DNA from: a virus
Lineage: Duplodnaviria > Caudoviricetes
Virus record (IMG/VR): IMGVR_UViG_3300028805_000074
Coordinates: 32,001 to 96,000 of that record
Reading direction: 5' to 3' (one strand)
Length of the DNA stretch: 64,000 nucleotides
This document shows positions 39,308 through 49,491 of this stretch, piece by piece; the stretch's first letter is position 1; each line of letters begins with the position of its first letter. Position numbers and translations under genes: made by a program. A model generated the notes under the pieces. The model saw nothing but the letters and a program-made list of their open reading frames with translations, had not been told where the DNA came from and ran no database searches.

Positions 39308-39502
39308 TTAATGATTACCTTCAACTTCGATTACCTCATGCGCTATGCCGATGAAGGTCAGCCAGTCGCTTGCTCGCTTGGCTTCTGCATCGTCCATCTT
39401 CAGGCATAGCGTCTTGTCGTCAATGAACCGTGTCGGGCGGAGCCTGTGCAGGTACTCCGTGCGGTTCCTCCTGTTGTTCCAGATTTTGATTGTCTTTGCC
39501 AT
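39308..39502 (-). CDS. hypothetical protein
   Basis: ORF in operon. Confidence 0.6.
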   Translation of the reverse strand: MAKTIKIWNNRRNRTEYLHRLRPTRFIDDKTLCLKMDDAEAKRASDWLTFIGIAHEVIEVEGNH

Positions 39503-39512
39503 AGTCTTTTAC

Positions 39513-39872
39513 TTAGATCAGTTTTGCTTCCTTGCCCTCAAACCACTCGTCGTACTTGCTGGCGGGGCAGTAGCCGGCAAGTGCGTTTAGCAGGATTTCG
39601 GCAGCGTGCAGCCTTCCGCCGTCGTCGCCGCCCTCTTCCAGCCATGTCTCGTAGGCTTCGTAGTCATCGTCGTCGCCCACAATGCAGTGTCCGTCCACGT
39701 GCAGGCCGTCGAGGCAGCTCTTTAACTGTCGCTCGCCCGCCGGTGTCAGTTTAATGTCGCCGAACACTACTGCGATGTAGCAGTCGGTGCCGTCAACGCT
39801 CATGTCGATATCGTCTTCCTCGCGGTTCTTCAGGTGGAAGAACTCGCGCAGTGTCAGTTTTTCTTTTGTCAT
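39513..39872 (-). CDS. acidic hypothetical protein
   Basis: start reassigned to MTKEKL. Confidence 0.65.
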   Translation of the reverse strand: MTKEKLTLREFFHLKNREEDDIDMSVDGTDCYIAVVFGDIKLTPAGERQLKSCLDGLHVDGHCIVGDDDDYEAYETWLEEGGDDGGRLHAAEILLNALAGYCPASKYDEWFEGKEAKLI

Positions 39873-39889
39873 AGTTCGCTTGATGCTTG

Positions 39890-40120
39890 TTAGATTCCGA
39901 TACAGTTGATACTCTCGCACGTTATCCAGCGGGTGCCGCTGGAGGTGTGGGCGGTGAGGATGCCGTCGTCGCTTATCTCCCAGGCGGGGAAGGTAGCGTC
40001 GATGACGGCGTACTGGTCGTAGCCGTGCATAATCTCGATGTTGGGGCGGCTCTCTGCGGGGTCGCTGTCGTGCTCGTCACAGATGGCTGTGAGGATGCGG
40101 GTGAGTTGGTCTTTTGTCAT
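39890..40120 (-). CDS. hypothetical protein
   Basis: ORF in operon. Confidence 0.6.
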   Translation of the reverse strand: MTKDQLTRILTAICDEHDSDPAESRPNIEIMHGYDQYAVIDATFPAWEISDDGILTAHTSSGTRWITCESINCIGI

Positions 40121-40127
40121 AGTCGTA

Positions 40128-41123
40128 TTACTTGTTTTGATTGTTATACTTTCCTTCTATCATCAGTGCTCCCATGCGTCCGTTGATCTGGTAGCACCAG
40201 GTGATGGTGTCGTCAGCGTCGTTGAACACGTGGTAGGTGTTGCGGGGTTTCGAGAGCGGGTCGCCGTAGCGGTTGTACTTCTCGGTGGTCTTGCCCATGC
40301 GTGTAAAGCCGTGGTCGGCGATGAGCTCATAGACGGTGCATGACACGTACTTGCCGCCGCTCACCTTGAAGCAGCTGCGCTCCTCCAGTCCTGCCAGAAC
40401 CGTGCCCCGCTGCATGGCGGTGAGCTTGTCGGGCAGCATGCCCAGCTCCGTGAGGCGCTGCAGTTTCGCGTCTTCGGCGGCTCGCTCCTCGGCTTTCTTG
40501 CGGGCTTCCTCCTCGTCGCGCTGGCGGCGTGCCTCACGCTCGGCCTTTGCCTCTGCCTCGCGCTGTGCCATCAGTTCGCTGCGCTGTATCTCCAGCAGGG
40601 GATAGTAGCCTGAACCTACCTCCTTGAAGGCCCGGATGGTGGCGGCACTGACCCACGATCCGCTGTCGAGCAGGTAGTTGGGGTAGTCCTGATAGCGGCG
40701 CAGCTCGGCGTAGCGCTCGTCGCGGTACCGCTTGCGGCTGTCGAAGCGCTCGCGCCACGATGCCTTGCACTCGGCCACCTCCTCCGGGGTCATGGGGTGG
40801 TAGCGCATACTCTCCGGGCTGTAGGTCACGGCCATCTGCTCGTCGTACTCGCGGTCTATCTCCTCGTCGGTCTTCAGCAGGTATTCCTCCAGCATGCGTG
40901 TGAAGATGGTGTGCATGGTGGGTATCATCACGGCCACGTTGTCGCTCAGCTGGGCGTAGAGGATGTAGTAGTCGTCCTCATACTCATACCATAGCGGGGT
41001 TTCTGCGCCGTCGTTGCTCACGAGGGGCAGCAGTTCGTGGATGTCGGTCAGTTCGATGTTGCGACGCTTGGGGGTGTTGCCGTCGCTGCCAATGTAGTGG
41101 CACCAGAATTTCTTTGTTGTCAT
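40128..41123 (-). CDS. hypothetical protein with coiled coil
   Basis: 331-aa ORF. Confidence 0.72.
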   Translation of the reverse strand: MTTKKFWCHYIGSDGNTPKRRNIELTDIHELLPLVSNDGAETPLWYEYEDDYYILYAQLSDNVAVMIPTMHTIFTRMLEEYLLKTDEEIDREYDEQMAVTYSPESMRYHPMTPEEVAECKASWRERFDSRKRYRDERYAELRRYQDYPNYLLDSGSWVSAATIRAFKEVGSGYYPLLEIQRSELMAQREAEAKAEREARRQRDEEEARKKAEERAAEDAKLQRLTELGMLPDKLTAMQRGTVLAGLEERSCFKVSGGKYVSCTVYELIADHGFTRMGKTTEKYNRYGDPLSKPRNTYHVFNDADDTITWCYQINGRMGALMIEGKYNNQNK

Positions 41124-41402
41124 ATTCGTATCGTTGTTTTACTCGGTTAATACTTACTTCTTGCAGGCCCATTGAATAAACCACAGCCAGGCGAAGAAGC
41201 CCAAAATCCAGTTTTCTATCATATTCGTATTGCTTTTAAGTTTCAGATGATATGCCTTGCACCGCGTCGGCCTTGAAATATCTCAGGGCCTGACCAGTGG
41301 TCATGCGGTTATACGTTGTTCGCTTTTTCTTCCGTCCGTGGATCCAGACGTTCCATTCGGAAAACTTCTGTCGGTAGATAGCTTCTTCCTTACACATAGT
41401 CG

Positions 41403-41987
41403 TTACTTGTTTTGGTTATATTTAGTCGTAATGTACTCGGTCAGGATGGTGCGGTTGTCGTAGTCGAGCTCGCGCCAGAACATCTGCATGGCGGCCTTCG
41501 AGCCGTACTTCTCGTAGCAGTAGTCCCACTTCTCTTGCAGGTGCTGGCGGTTGCAGTGGCCCTTGGGGTGGCGCACCATGTAGTCGAGCCACAGGTTCTC
41601 GTCGTCGTAGTCCATGCACCAGTCGCTCCAGAGGGCGATGATGTCCCTGTCGGTGTCCGGCTCCCTGGCGATGTCCTTGGCGAACTGGTCGAGGGTGTAG
41701 CGCTGGCCGGGCTCTTGGCTCGATGCGCTCCAGCCTTTGTCGAAGAAGTGGTCGAAGACGGCGCAGTTGAACGTGACGGGCATGGTGGCGATGACCTTGC
41801 CTTCGAGCATAGAGAGGATGTCGATTGGGAACGTGCCACAGTCGGGCAGGCTGGCGATGGTCTCTGGGTAGTCCTCATGCCAGAACTGCTCCAGCGCAGC
41901 CCATGCGTCGTAACAGTGTTCGTACTGGAACAGGTAGGTCTCGCCGCCTACAACGGCCTTGATGATGTAGGTTTCTGTTGATATCAT
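41403..41987 (-). CDS. hypothetical protein
   Basis: 194-aa ORF; shares C-terminus KYNQNK with the 40128 gene. Confidence 0.7.
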   Translation of the reverse strand: MISTETYIIKAVVGGETYLFQYEHCYDAWAALEQFWHEDYPETIASLPDCGTFPIDILSMLEGKVIATMPVTFNCAVFDHFFDKGWSASSQEPGQRYTLDQFAKDIAREPDTDRDIIALWSDWCMDYDDENLWLDYMVRHPKGHCNRQHLQEKWDYCYEKYGSKAAMQMFWRELDYDNRTILTEYITTKYNQNK

Positions 41988-42011
41988 TGTCGTAATGTTT
42001 TTAATTGGGGG

Positions 42012-42473
42012 TTATAGTTCTGATTCTTGTCTCGATGTGATTGTGAAGAAGAGGATGCTGCCGTCGTTGAAGGAGAGGCGGATGCCGTAGCTCAGCGAGC
42101 GGGGCTGGTTCTTGCCGCCGTCATACAGCTGGGCGTTGCCCCACTCGTGGCAGTCGTCGAGGTTCAGTCCGCCGTGCTTGTCGGCGTGGCGCTCATGGTA
42201 CTCGATGAAGTCCTTGGCGCAGTGCAGCGCATACTCCAGGTGCTTTGTCACTTGCGGGTAGCCTGCTGCTGGGTGAAGGTCGGTGGCGGTGCCGTCCTCG
42301 TAGTAGTCTTTCACCATGCCGCTGTCGCAGAAGGCGAAGATGCTGCCCTCGCCCAGCGTCCTGCCGTGCTTCTGCCATAGGTTCAGACGGTGCTTTGCGA
42401 GGGTGTCGAGTTGGGTGTAGAAGAAGGGAGGCTCGAACGGCTCCGGTCTCATGTCGATAGTTGTTGTCTTCAT
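42012..42473 (-). CDS. hypothetical protein
   Basis: 153-aa ORF. Confidence 0.65.
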   Translation of the reverse strand: MKTTTIDMRPEPFEPPFFYTQLDTLAKHRLNLWQKHGRTLGEGSIFAFCDSGMVKDYYEDGTATDLHPAAGYPQVTKHLEYALHCAKDFIEYHERHADKHGGLNLDDCHEWGNAQLYDGGKNQPRSLSYGIRLSFNDGSILFFTITSRQESEL

Positions 42474-42593
42474 AATGCTTGCTGTTTTAATGAATGAATA
42501 ATCGGTGTTTTAGCTTTTACCTCGTGAAAGGTAGTGGCTTTTACCTCGTAAAAGGTTGGGGCTTCTACGAGGTAAAAGGTTTTTGAGGGGGTT

Positions 42594-45500
42594 CTACGCC
42601 GCCTGCTTCAGCCCGCCGTCGCTCTCGGAGGCGCTGCCCTCGGAGCCGCCGTTAGACTTCTTCCCGTTCATCTCAGCGTTGATCTTGCGGTCGAGCTTGG
42701 CGAGGTCGGCCTTGGCGCGGCGCAGCTCATCCTCCTTGGGCCACGTCTGCTTCAGCAGTTCGGCGAGCTGGCGGATAGTCACGTTGTTGTCGGCTATCCA
42801 TCGCTGCCAGTCGGCGATGCGGCGGGGCAGCTCCTGCAGACAGCGCAGGGCGTACTCCGCAGCCAGTCGGGGCGAGAGATGGGAGAGCTTGCCGTTGTTC
42901 ACGGTGTGCAGGATGCGGTTGCCTTGCAGCGAGAAGAGGTTGGTGTATTCCATCGACTCGTTGCCGTCGGCATCGTGAATAATCTGCTCGTTGGTCTTCA
43001 CCATCAGGTCGAAGCCGTAGAGCGAGCCGACTTTCAGGCGGACACCCTGCGTGCGGGCCGTCTGCTCGATGCGCCACAACCGTTCACCGAGGGCCTTCTG
43101 CTGTCCGGCATAGTCGAGGGGCTTGCCGTTGGCATCGGTCTCTGGCACGGTGAAGCCGTCGAGCACCAGGGCGTTCAGCACCTCGCCCTGTTCGCCCAGC
43201 TGCTTCTGTGCATCGTACTGCTGCTGGTCGGCCTGTGCGTCCAGGACATCCTGCTTCAGCCGCTCCACGTCCTTCTGTAGCCTGTCGCGGCGCTCCTCTG
43301 CCTGTCGCTGGTCGCGGTGGAAGTTCTTCTTCTCCACCTCCAGGGCGGCAATCTTCTTGTCGAGCTTGGCACGCTCCAGCAGGTCGGTATTGCCCGAGAG
43401 GATAGCCATATACTCGGCGAAGTTCATATTGCCCTTTTCGTCCATCGAGCCCTCGTCGAGGGTGCGCTTGCCTAACTGGCCTTGCTTCAGCTGCTGGATG
43501 AAGGTCTGCTTGCAGTGCAGCAGATTGAACTTATAGGCATCCAACGACCGCTTCACGGCGTAGATGATTACATCCACTTTGTTGTCGCCGTAGTCGCGGG
43601 CTATCACGTTGCCTTTACGCACTGCCCTGCCGTCGCGCTGTTCCAGGTCGGCGGGGCGCCAGGGGGTGTCGAGGTGATGCACCGCCACCACTCGCTCCTG
43701 GGCGTTGACCCCCGTGCCGAGCATCGAGGTAGAGCCGAAGAGGATGCGCACGTCGCCGTCGTTCACCTCGTGGATGAGCTTCTTCTTCTTCGTGTCGCAG
43801 CGGGCCTCCTGTATGAAGCGTATCTCCGAGGCGGGTATGCCGTAGTCCTCCACCAGCTTGCGCTTGATCTCTTCATAGATGTTAAACTTCCCATCGTTCT
43901 GCCAAGTCGAGAGGTCGCTGAAGATCATCTGCGTACCCTTCACGGCGTCGTACTTGTGATAGTACTGGGCTACCATCTTGGCGCACATCGAGGCTTTGCT
44001 CCGTGGGTGGTCGCCATACGCCGGGTCAATCAGCCGCATGTCGAGACTCATCTTTCTCGCCAGGTCCGTTGCATACAGCATCTTCGCCATCTCCTGCTGC
44101 TTCGTCGGGTTGTTGATACCTATCAGCTTGAAGTCGCCCGTCTCGGCAAACCGCATCAGCGTGTGGATAAACTCCTCCTGGTCGGGGGTCGGCTCGATGT
44201 GCATCAGTCTGGCGTACTTCTCGGGCCGCTCTATGCCTACGTCCTTCGCCGTGCGGTAGTCTGTGATTTCATTATAGAACTGTGCCAGCTCCGGCACCTT
44301 GATGAAGTAGCGGAAGCGCTCCTTCAGCACAATCTGGTTGGTCAGTCCGAACTCATACTCCTGCGTCTTGCGGGTGAAGATAGCGGCCCAGGCATCGAAA
44401 CAGGTGATGCCCTGCTTGGCCATAGCCTGCGGTCGCAGATAGCGGAACAGCGAGTACAGCTCCGTCAGACTATTCGTAATCGTCGTACCACTGAGGAACG
44501 TCGCGCCGAGGTCACGCCCCGTGCGCTGCTGGATGGTTCGTATAGCCATGAGCAGATTGTAGGCACGCTTCGAGCCCTCCGAATTGCCTAAACCTGCCAC
44601 ACGGTCGTGACGGGTGGTGAAGCCGAGGTTCTTGAACTGGTGACTCTCATCAATGAAGATGTGGTCGATGCCCATCATGCGGAAGTCCACCACGTCGTCG
44701 GTGCGCTTGCGAATAGAGTATTGCAAATCTTGAAGTTTCGATTGCAGGTTGGCTTTCTTCTTCTCCAGTCCGCGCTTCAGTCGGCTCGATACGCTGTCAT
44801 ACGACCCGTAGAGTGCGCTCAGGCTCTCGTTCAGGTGGTTCAGCTCCTCACGGATAACGTCGGCCTGCACCTCGTCCGACTGCGGGATGAAGCCGAACTG
44901 GTCGTGGCTCATGATCACTACGTCCCAGTCGTTGTTCTTCATGCGATTGAAGAAGTTCTCACGCTCCTTGCCTGAGTAGTCGGCATGCTTGGCATAGAGC
45001 ACATGGGCCTTGGGGTAAGCCGTCATGTAAGTCTCGGCGATGGCAGCCACGTTGGCTTTCAGTCCGATGATCATCGGCTTGTGGCAGAAGCCCAGGCGCT
45101 TCATCTCGTGGGCGGCGAGGCACATGATGAGCGTCTTGCCGCTGCCTACCTCATGGTCGCAGATGCCACCGCCGTTCATCGTGAGCATCCAGATGCAGTC
45201 CTCCTGACTCTTATACAGACCGCCACTCACCTTCTTGCCGTCCTTATACACGGGCTGCGGTATGCCGTACTTCGCCTCCAGTCCTGCCCAGTCGATGCCA
45301 GGGAACCGCTGGTGGCTTCCGTCGAACTGCGGCTTCACGTGGCAGTTGAACAGTCGGTTATACTTCTCGGTCAGTGCGTCGCGCAGCTCCTTGGGCTGTC
45401 GCAGCAGCCAGTCCTGATAGCCCTGTCGGATTTCCTCAATCAGCGTGTTAGCCTTCTGCGTAGCCTCCGGGTCCTCGTCCTTGGCATAGCTCTTGCCCTG

Positions 45501-47711
45501 CTGAATCTTGCGACCCCGCTCGTCGCGGCGGTATTTCATCATCTTCGGGCAGGAGTTCAGCAGCGCATGCTGCAGCAGCCCCATGCCGTCAATCGGCTGG
45601 CTGGCCTCGCTACTCACGGCATACTGCGTATAGATTTTCTCGTTGTATCTGTTGCTGGCACAGGCATACTGGTCCAGGTTGCGGTCATACTTCACCGTCA
45701 CCTCCACCTTTGCGCCGTAGTCGTTGCCAGCCATCGAAAAGAACTCCGAGGCGAAGTCTTCGTAAATCTTGCAGTCCACCCATCGCTCACCCAGATTGAA
45801 GTCCAAATCGTCGAAGGGGATAGGCTCAGGCACTGCCTTCTTCAGTGCATCCAAGGAGCGGCGGATATAAGCCTCCGTCCTGTCTCCCCGTTTCGCCACG
45901 TCTGCCGTTCCGTGCGCTTCCTCTGCCGCCGTTCCGTGCTCGGCGGTAGTGCCGCCGAGGTCAGGGTACTTCTGCAGGATAGCATCTATCTTCTCAATCA
46001 CATTCCCGCTGATAAAGCGAGCCTTGATTTCCCACTCCTCGCTCAGGGGGTTATAGTATATCTCCCCGTCCAGCTCGTCGCATATCTCTTCCTCGCTCTT
46101 GCCAGTCAGCGCAGCCATATAGCGCACATCGGGCTTGCCGTAGTCGTTCAGGCTCTGCGCCAGCGCCTCGTGAGCATCCGTCACGCTGTGCATCTCGTCC
46201 GTCGAGAAAGCCACCGGCCTGTCGAAGATGTCAGCCTTGCGCCATTGTCCGTCCTCCAGTATCTCCAGTGTCAGCAGTTCTGCGATATTGCCAAAGCCTT
46301 TGATAGCCTTTATGAACTTCACGTTCTCCGGCTTGTTCAGCGGGCCCCATTTTTCAACGAAGCCGTCATAGAGGCGGTTTATCTCCTTTCGGAGTTCCGG
46401 CTGCTCAGCCATCTCCTCCGCTTCCTTCTTGTACAACATCTGATAGTCGAAGCAAAGCTCTCGCAAAATACTCTCCTTAATAGTCATCCTCTCCTCCTTG
46501 CGCTCCTGCTTCTCGCTCTTGGCCTTCTCCTTGCCCTTTTGGTCGTCACGCCCCCCGTCTTTCGGAGAGGGGTTGGTGGTGAGGTTTTTCTTCAAGTCCT
46601 TCGCCAGCACCTCGCCCAGCTGCTGTGCAATCCCCTGCACACCGCCCTCATGGCGATACACGAAGCCCGGCTTGCCGTAAGCATCTGTGCCAGCTATTGT
46701 TTCCGTAGCAATCACCCGCTCCGGCCACATATCGAAGTACATATTCGTCGGGCATCCCCCGTCCTCATACTGCGTCAGTAGCATTGTCTCTTCCTCGGTC
46801 AGTTCACCTCGCTTCGAGTCCTTCTGCATCACTAAGAGGTCGGTGCCTACCTCGGTGCCGCTCTCCTTGAAGAGATTGTTCGCCAACCGATACGCCCCGA
46901 TGAGCCGTGCATACTTCAGCGCCTCGCCCAGCTGCTCACTGTCACGGTTCAGGTAGTTGCTGGTGATGATATACGCCAGCACCCCACCCTCTCGCAGACA
47001 GTCCAGCCCTTTCAGCACATAGTAGCGGTGGATCATCTTCGCCGCCTCCCTGCGCACCTGGCTCTTCGAGTTCGTATAGTCCGGATCGAACACGCGGATG
47101 TCGCCAAACGGAACATTCGTGCTCACCAGGTCATACTTGCCCAGCTCGCTTGCGGGGATAGTCTCGAAGCCCTTCACACGGATGTCGAACTTCTCTTCAG
47201 TGGAAGCCTTTTCGAGTATTAAGCCTGTCAGCAAGTCCTTCTCGTAGGCCACGCATTTCAGATTCACGCCGTCTGCACGTGCCATAATCTCAGCATGGCG
47301 CATGAAGATACCCTCACCAGCAGCAGGGTCGAGCATCATACCCTGATAATGCTGAAAGTCGTATCTGCTGTTGAGCTTACCATAAAAAGCCTCGCTGATT
47401 CGGAACAGCAGCATAGCCGTTACGTCGCCCGGTGTATAGTACGCCGTCAGCGTGCTCGCCTTCAGGCTCTCCACCCATGCCTGATATTCCTTGTCGCTAT
47501 TGCTTGCGTCTCTCAGCAGCTCATGCAGCCACGCGGTATCCTGGTAATACATCATGTCGCTCTTGCTCCATGCCGTCGGCTCCAGCGGGTTCAGCACGAA
47601 TGTCATACCCCCGAAGCCCGTGTACTTATCCATCACCGATGCGTCGCCGTTCCCGGTCAGCGCATACTCAATAGCCGCGATGTTGTCTCTCAGTCTTTGT
47701 AATTTGCTCAT
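42594..47711 (-). CDS. DarB-like N6-adenine methyltransferase / SNF2 helicase fusion
   Basis: MTase motifs DPAAGEG and TNVPFG; helicase HEVGSGKT, DESH, SGT, GTGVNAQ, WRPADLEQRDGRAVR. Confidence 0.9.
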   Translation of the reverse strand: MSKLQRLRDNIAAIEYALTGNGDASVMDKYTGFGGMTFVLNPLEPTAWSKSDMMYYQDTAWLHELLRDASNSDKEYQAWVESLKASTLTAYYTPGDVTAMLLFRISEAFYGKLNSRYDFQHYQGMMLDPAAGEGIFMRHAEIMARADGVNLKCVAYEKDLLTGLILEKASTEEKFDIRVKGFETIPASELGKYDLVSTNVPFGDIRVFDPDYTNSKSQVRREAAKMIHRYYVLKGLDCLREGGVLAYIITSNYLNRDSEQLGEALKYARLIGAYRLANNLFKESGTEVGTDLLVMQKDSKRGELTEEETMLLTQYEDGGCPTNMYFDMWPERVIATETIAGTDAYGKPGFVYRHEGGVQGIAQQLGEVLAKDLKKNLTTNPSPKDGGRDDQKGKEKAKSEKQERKEERMTIKESILRELCFDYQMLYKKEAEEMAEQPELRKEINRLYDGFVEKWGPLNKPENVKFIKAIKGFGNIAELLTLEILEDGQWRKADIFDRPVAFSTDEMHSVTDAHEALAQSLNDYGKPDVRYMAALTGKSEEEICDELDGEIYYNPLSEEWEIKARFISGNVIEKIDAILQKYPDLGGTTAEHGTAAEEAHGTADVAKRGDRTEAYIRRSLDALKKAVPEPIPFDDLDFNLGERWVDCKIYEDFASEFFSMAGNDYGAKVEVTVKYDRNLDQYACASNRYNEKIYTQYAVSSEASQPIDGMGLLQHALLNSCPKMMKYRRDERGRKIQQGKSYAKDEDPEATQKANTLIEEIRQGYQDWLLRQPKELRDALTEKYNRLFNCHVKPQFDGSHQRFPGIDWAGLEAKYGIPQPVYKDGKKVSGGLYKSQEDCIWMLTMNGGGICDHEVGSGKTLIMCLAAHEMKRLGFCHKPMIIGLKANVAAIAETYMTAYPKAHVLYAKHADYSGKERENFFNRMKNNDWDVVIMSHDQFGFIPQSDEVQADVIREELNHLNESLSALYGSYDSVSSRLKRGLEKKKANLQSKLQDLQYSIRKRTDDVVDFRMMGIDHIFIDESHQFKNLGFTTRHDRVAGLGNSEGSKRAYNLLMAIRTIQQRTGRDLGATFLSGTTITNSLTELYSLFRYLRPQAMAKQGITCFDAWAAIFTRKTQEYEFGLTNQIVLKERFRYFIKVPELAQFYNEITDYRTAKDVGIERPEKYARLMHIEPTPDQEEFIHTLMRFAETGDFKLIGINNPTKQQEMAKMLYATDLARKMSLDMRLIDPAYGDHPRSKASMCAKMVAQYYHKYDAVKGTQMIFSDLSTWQNDGKFNIYEEIKRKLVEDYGIPASEIRFIQEARCDTKKKKLIHEVNDGDVRILFGSTSMLGTGVNAQERVVAVHHLDTPWRPADLEQRDGRAVRKGNVIARDYGDNKVDVIIYAVKRSLDAYKFNLLHCKQTFIQQLKQGQLGKRTLDEGSMDEKGNMNFAEYMAILSGNTDLLERAKLDKKIAALEVEKKNFHRDQRQAEERRDRLQKDVERLKQDVLDAQADQQQYDAQKQLGEQGEVLNALVLDGFTVPETDANGKPLDYAGQQKALGERLWRIEQTARTQGVRLKVGSLYGFDLMVKTNEQIIHDADGNESMEYTNLFSLQGNRILHTVNNGKLSHLSPRLAAEYALRCLQELPRRIADWQRWIADNNVTIRQLAELLKQTWPKEDELRRAKADLAKLDRKINAEMNGKKSNGGSEGSASESDGGLKQAA

Positions 47712-47927
47712 ATCTCGTTGTCGTTTTAGTTTCACTTATCATTCCTGAACGCACCATCTCTATCCAGACGGTCATAGAGGTGTCCCCAGTCAGCCTCCGA
47801 CACATAGTCAGTCATAAGGTTCACCACTGCCATTCCGCTGTCACCATAAAGATCATCTATCATCTCGATAACCTTAGCTCTTTTCTTTTCGTTGTCCATA
47901 ACCCGTATTGTTTTTGATTGTTAAATG

Positions 47928-47959
47928 TTTGGTCATTCCAAAAATTGTTCGTACCTTTG
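47928..47959 (+). promoter_or_regulatory. Bacteroidetes primary-sigma promoter
   Basis: -33 TTTG (47928-31), 20-bp spacer, -7 TACCTTTG (47952-59). Confidence 0.75.
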
Positions 47960-47964
47960 CCGCA

Positions 47965-48156
47965 GATTTGCGGCGAAAACCTGAGAGGGCGGCGTTAGCA
48001 GCACCACCCTCCGAGGTTAGAAGAACCTCGACCGGATTCGGATCCGGAAGAGTCGCATCTTCCAAACCCTAAAATAAATTACTTCTATCATACTCGTAAT
48101 TTTTTTAGGTGGACAATGAGCCATACGGCCCGGGAGCGACTTTCGCTCCTTTTTTT
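47965..48156 (+). ncRNA. candidate ~190-nt structured small RNA
   Basis: own promoter, four abutting hairpins (47985-48063), terminator GGAGCGA-CTT-TCGCTCC-T7; no credible ORF. Confidence 0.6.
48133..48156 (+). terminator. rho-independent terminator
   Basis: 7-bp stem plus T7. Confidence 0.75.
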
Positions 48157-48180
48157 ATGACATGTTCTTCCGCATGGACT

Positions 48181-48411
48181 TTATATGCAGTCTGCAAACA
48201 TGATGTCGAAATTACTGCGGGTAACACCGCCGCCTTCCTTTGCAAGGCAGCAGCAACGGCACCCAAGCACGTCATAGTGGTAGTCTTTCAGTGCCTGTGC
48301 GACCACATCCAGGTTCTCCCTTGTGCAGCACACGTCTACGGTCTTTTCGGGATATCCGCTAAACCCGTCACCCATGATCAGTACTTCGTAATGTTTCTTT
48401 TCGTTTGCCAT
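48181..48411 (-). CDS. hypothetical protein
   Basis: ORF in operon. Confidence 0.55.
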   Translation of the reverse strand: MANEKKHYEVLIMGDGFSGYPEKTVDVCCTRENLDVVAQALKDYHYDVLGCRCCCLAKEGGGVTRSNFDIMFADCI

Positions 48412-48423
48412 AGTCGTTTCGTT

Positions 48424-48795
48424 TTAGTCGTTAATCACTTTCACCTTCATGCCCTTCTTTTGCAGGGAGTCGTTGATTAGGTCTGTCACATTCTGCTTGT
48501 CGCCGATGGCAGAAAGCACCAGCCCGCAGTCCTTTATCAGTGCGTTGACGACACCAGCTATATAGCAGGGGAAGTTGGTATAGGCATCTTCGCGGAATTT
48601 CTTCATCAACGTTTCCACCGTGTACGTTCCATGCAGTTCGCCGGCATCGTCGGCATGTCTCAGCGTGACCTTGTAGAGCCATCGTCCCTTGCTGTCGTCG
48701 AGCCACTTGATGCGCTCACACCACTTCACACAATACAGATTGCCGAACATCATCATCTGTTCAGATGTTGCCTTAACCTTAATGTCACTCTCCAT
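48424..48795 (-). CDS. hypothetical protein
   Basis: ORF in operon. Confidence 0.65.
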   Translation of the reverse strand: MESDIKVKATSEQMMMFGNLYCVKWCERIKWLDDSKGRWLYKVTLRHADDAGELHGTYTVETLMKKFREDAYTNFPCYIAGVVNALIKDCGLVLSAIGDKQNVTDLINDSLQKKGMKVKVIND

Positions 48796-48809
48796 AGTCT
48801 CAATTCGTT

Positions 48810-49451
48810 TTAGATGTCATCAAATGTCACATTCTCAATGTCCGTCTTGTCAACCTCCATGTAGTCGCACCATCCGTCGCCGGCCTCGATGCCCTCGATG
48901 AACGCCTTGCGCTCGGTCTCAGTGTCGAACTCTCGTATCACGATACTGCCGTCACCGTCGCGGCACACCTCATGCAATCCCTCGAAGTCCTGCTCATCGT
49001 AGCGGCTGGTAGCACGGGAACCGAACACCACGGCGCACTTGAATTTCTGCGGCTCCACCGGCACCTCGTCCAGCCCCAGCTCCCGCTCCAGACACTCATA
49101 GACGTTGAGCATCGTGAGATGCGCCACGTCGTCGTCGAACAGTTCACGACAGTCATACTCACCCTCGCACTGCATCTTGAAACGCGGATGCTCGCCGTCG
49201 ATGAAGCTGACAGAGAATACGCAGCAGTCCTCGCCGCTGTTGTACTTGTCGAACCAGATGACATACGGACAGTGGTTGTCGCGGAAGTCCTCGTAGTTCT
49301 CCACATGTTCCTCGCCCTCGTGCTCCTCCAGATACTCCTCCTCGTCGGCAGGACAGAACTGCACAAGCACGATGTTCTCGGCTCTCATTTTCTCGATGAT
49401 GCGCTGGCGCACCTCGTTCACCAGCGGATAGATGTCTTTAATGTGTCTCAT
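48810..49451 (-). CDS. acidic hypothetical protein
   Basis: C-terminal REFDTETERKAFIEGI motif. Confidence 0.7.
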   Translation of the reverse strand: MRHIKDIYPLVNEVRQRIIEKMRAENIVLVQFCPADEEEYLEEHEGEEHVENYEDFRDNHCPYVIWFDKYNSGEDCCVFSVSFIDGEHPRFKMQCEGEYDCRELFDDDVAHLTMLNVYECLERELGLDEVPVEPQKFKCAVVFGSRATSRYDEQDFEGLHEVCRDGDGSIVIREFDTETERKAFIEGIEAGDGWCDYMEVDKTDIENVTFDDI

Positions 49452-49491
49452 ATAATTCTTGTTTAATTCTTTATAATTTCTTTCCCATCAA

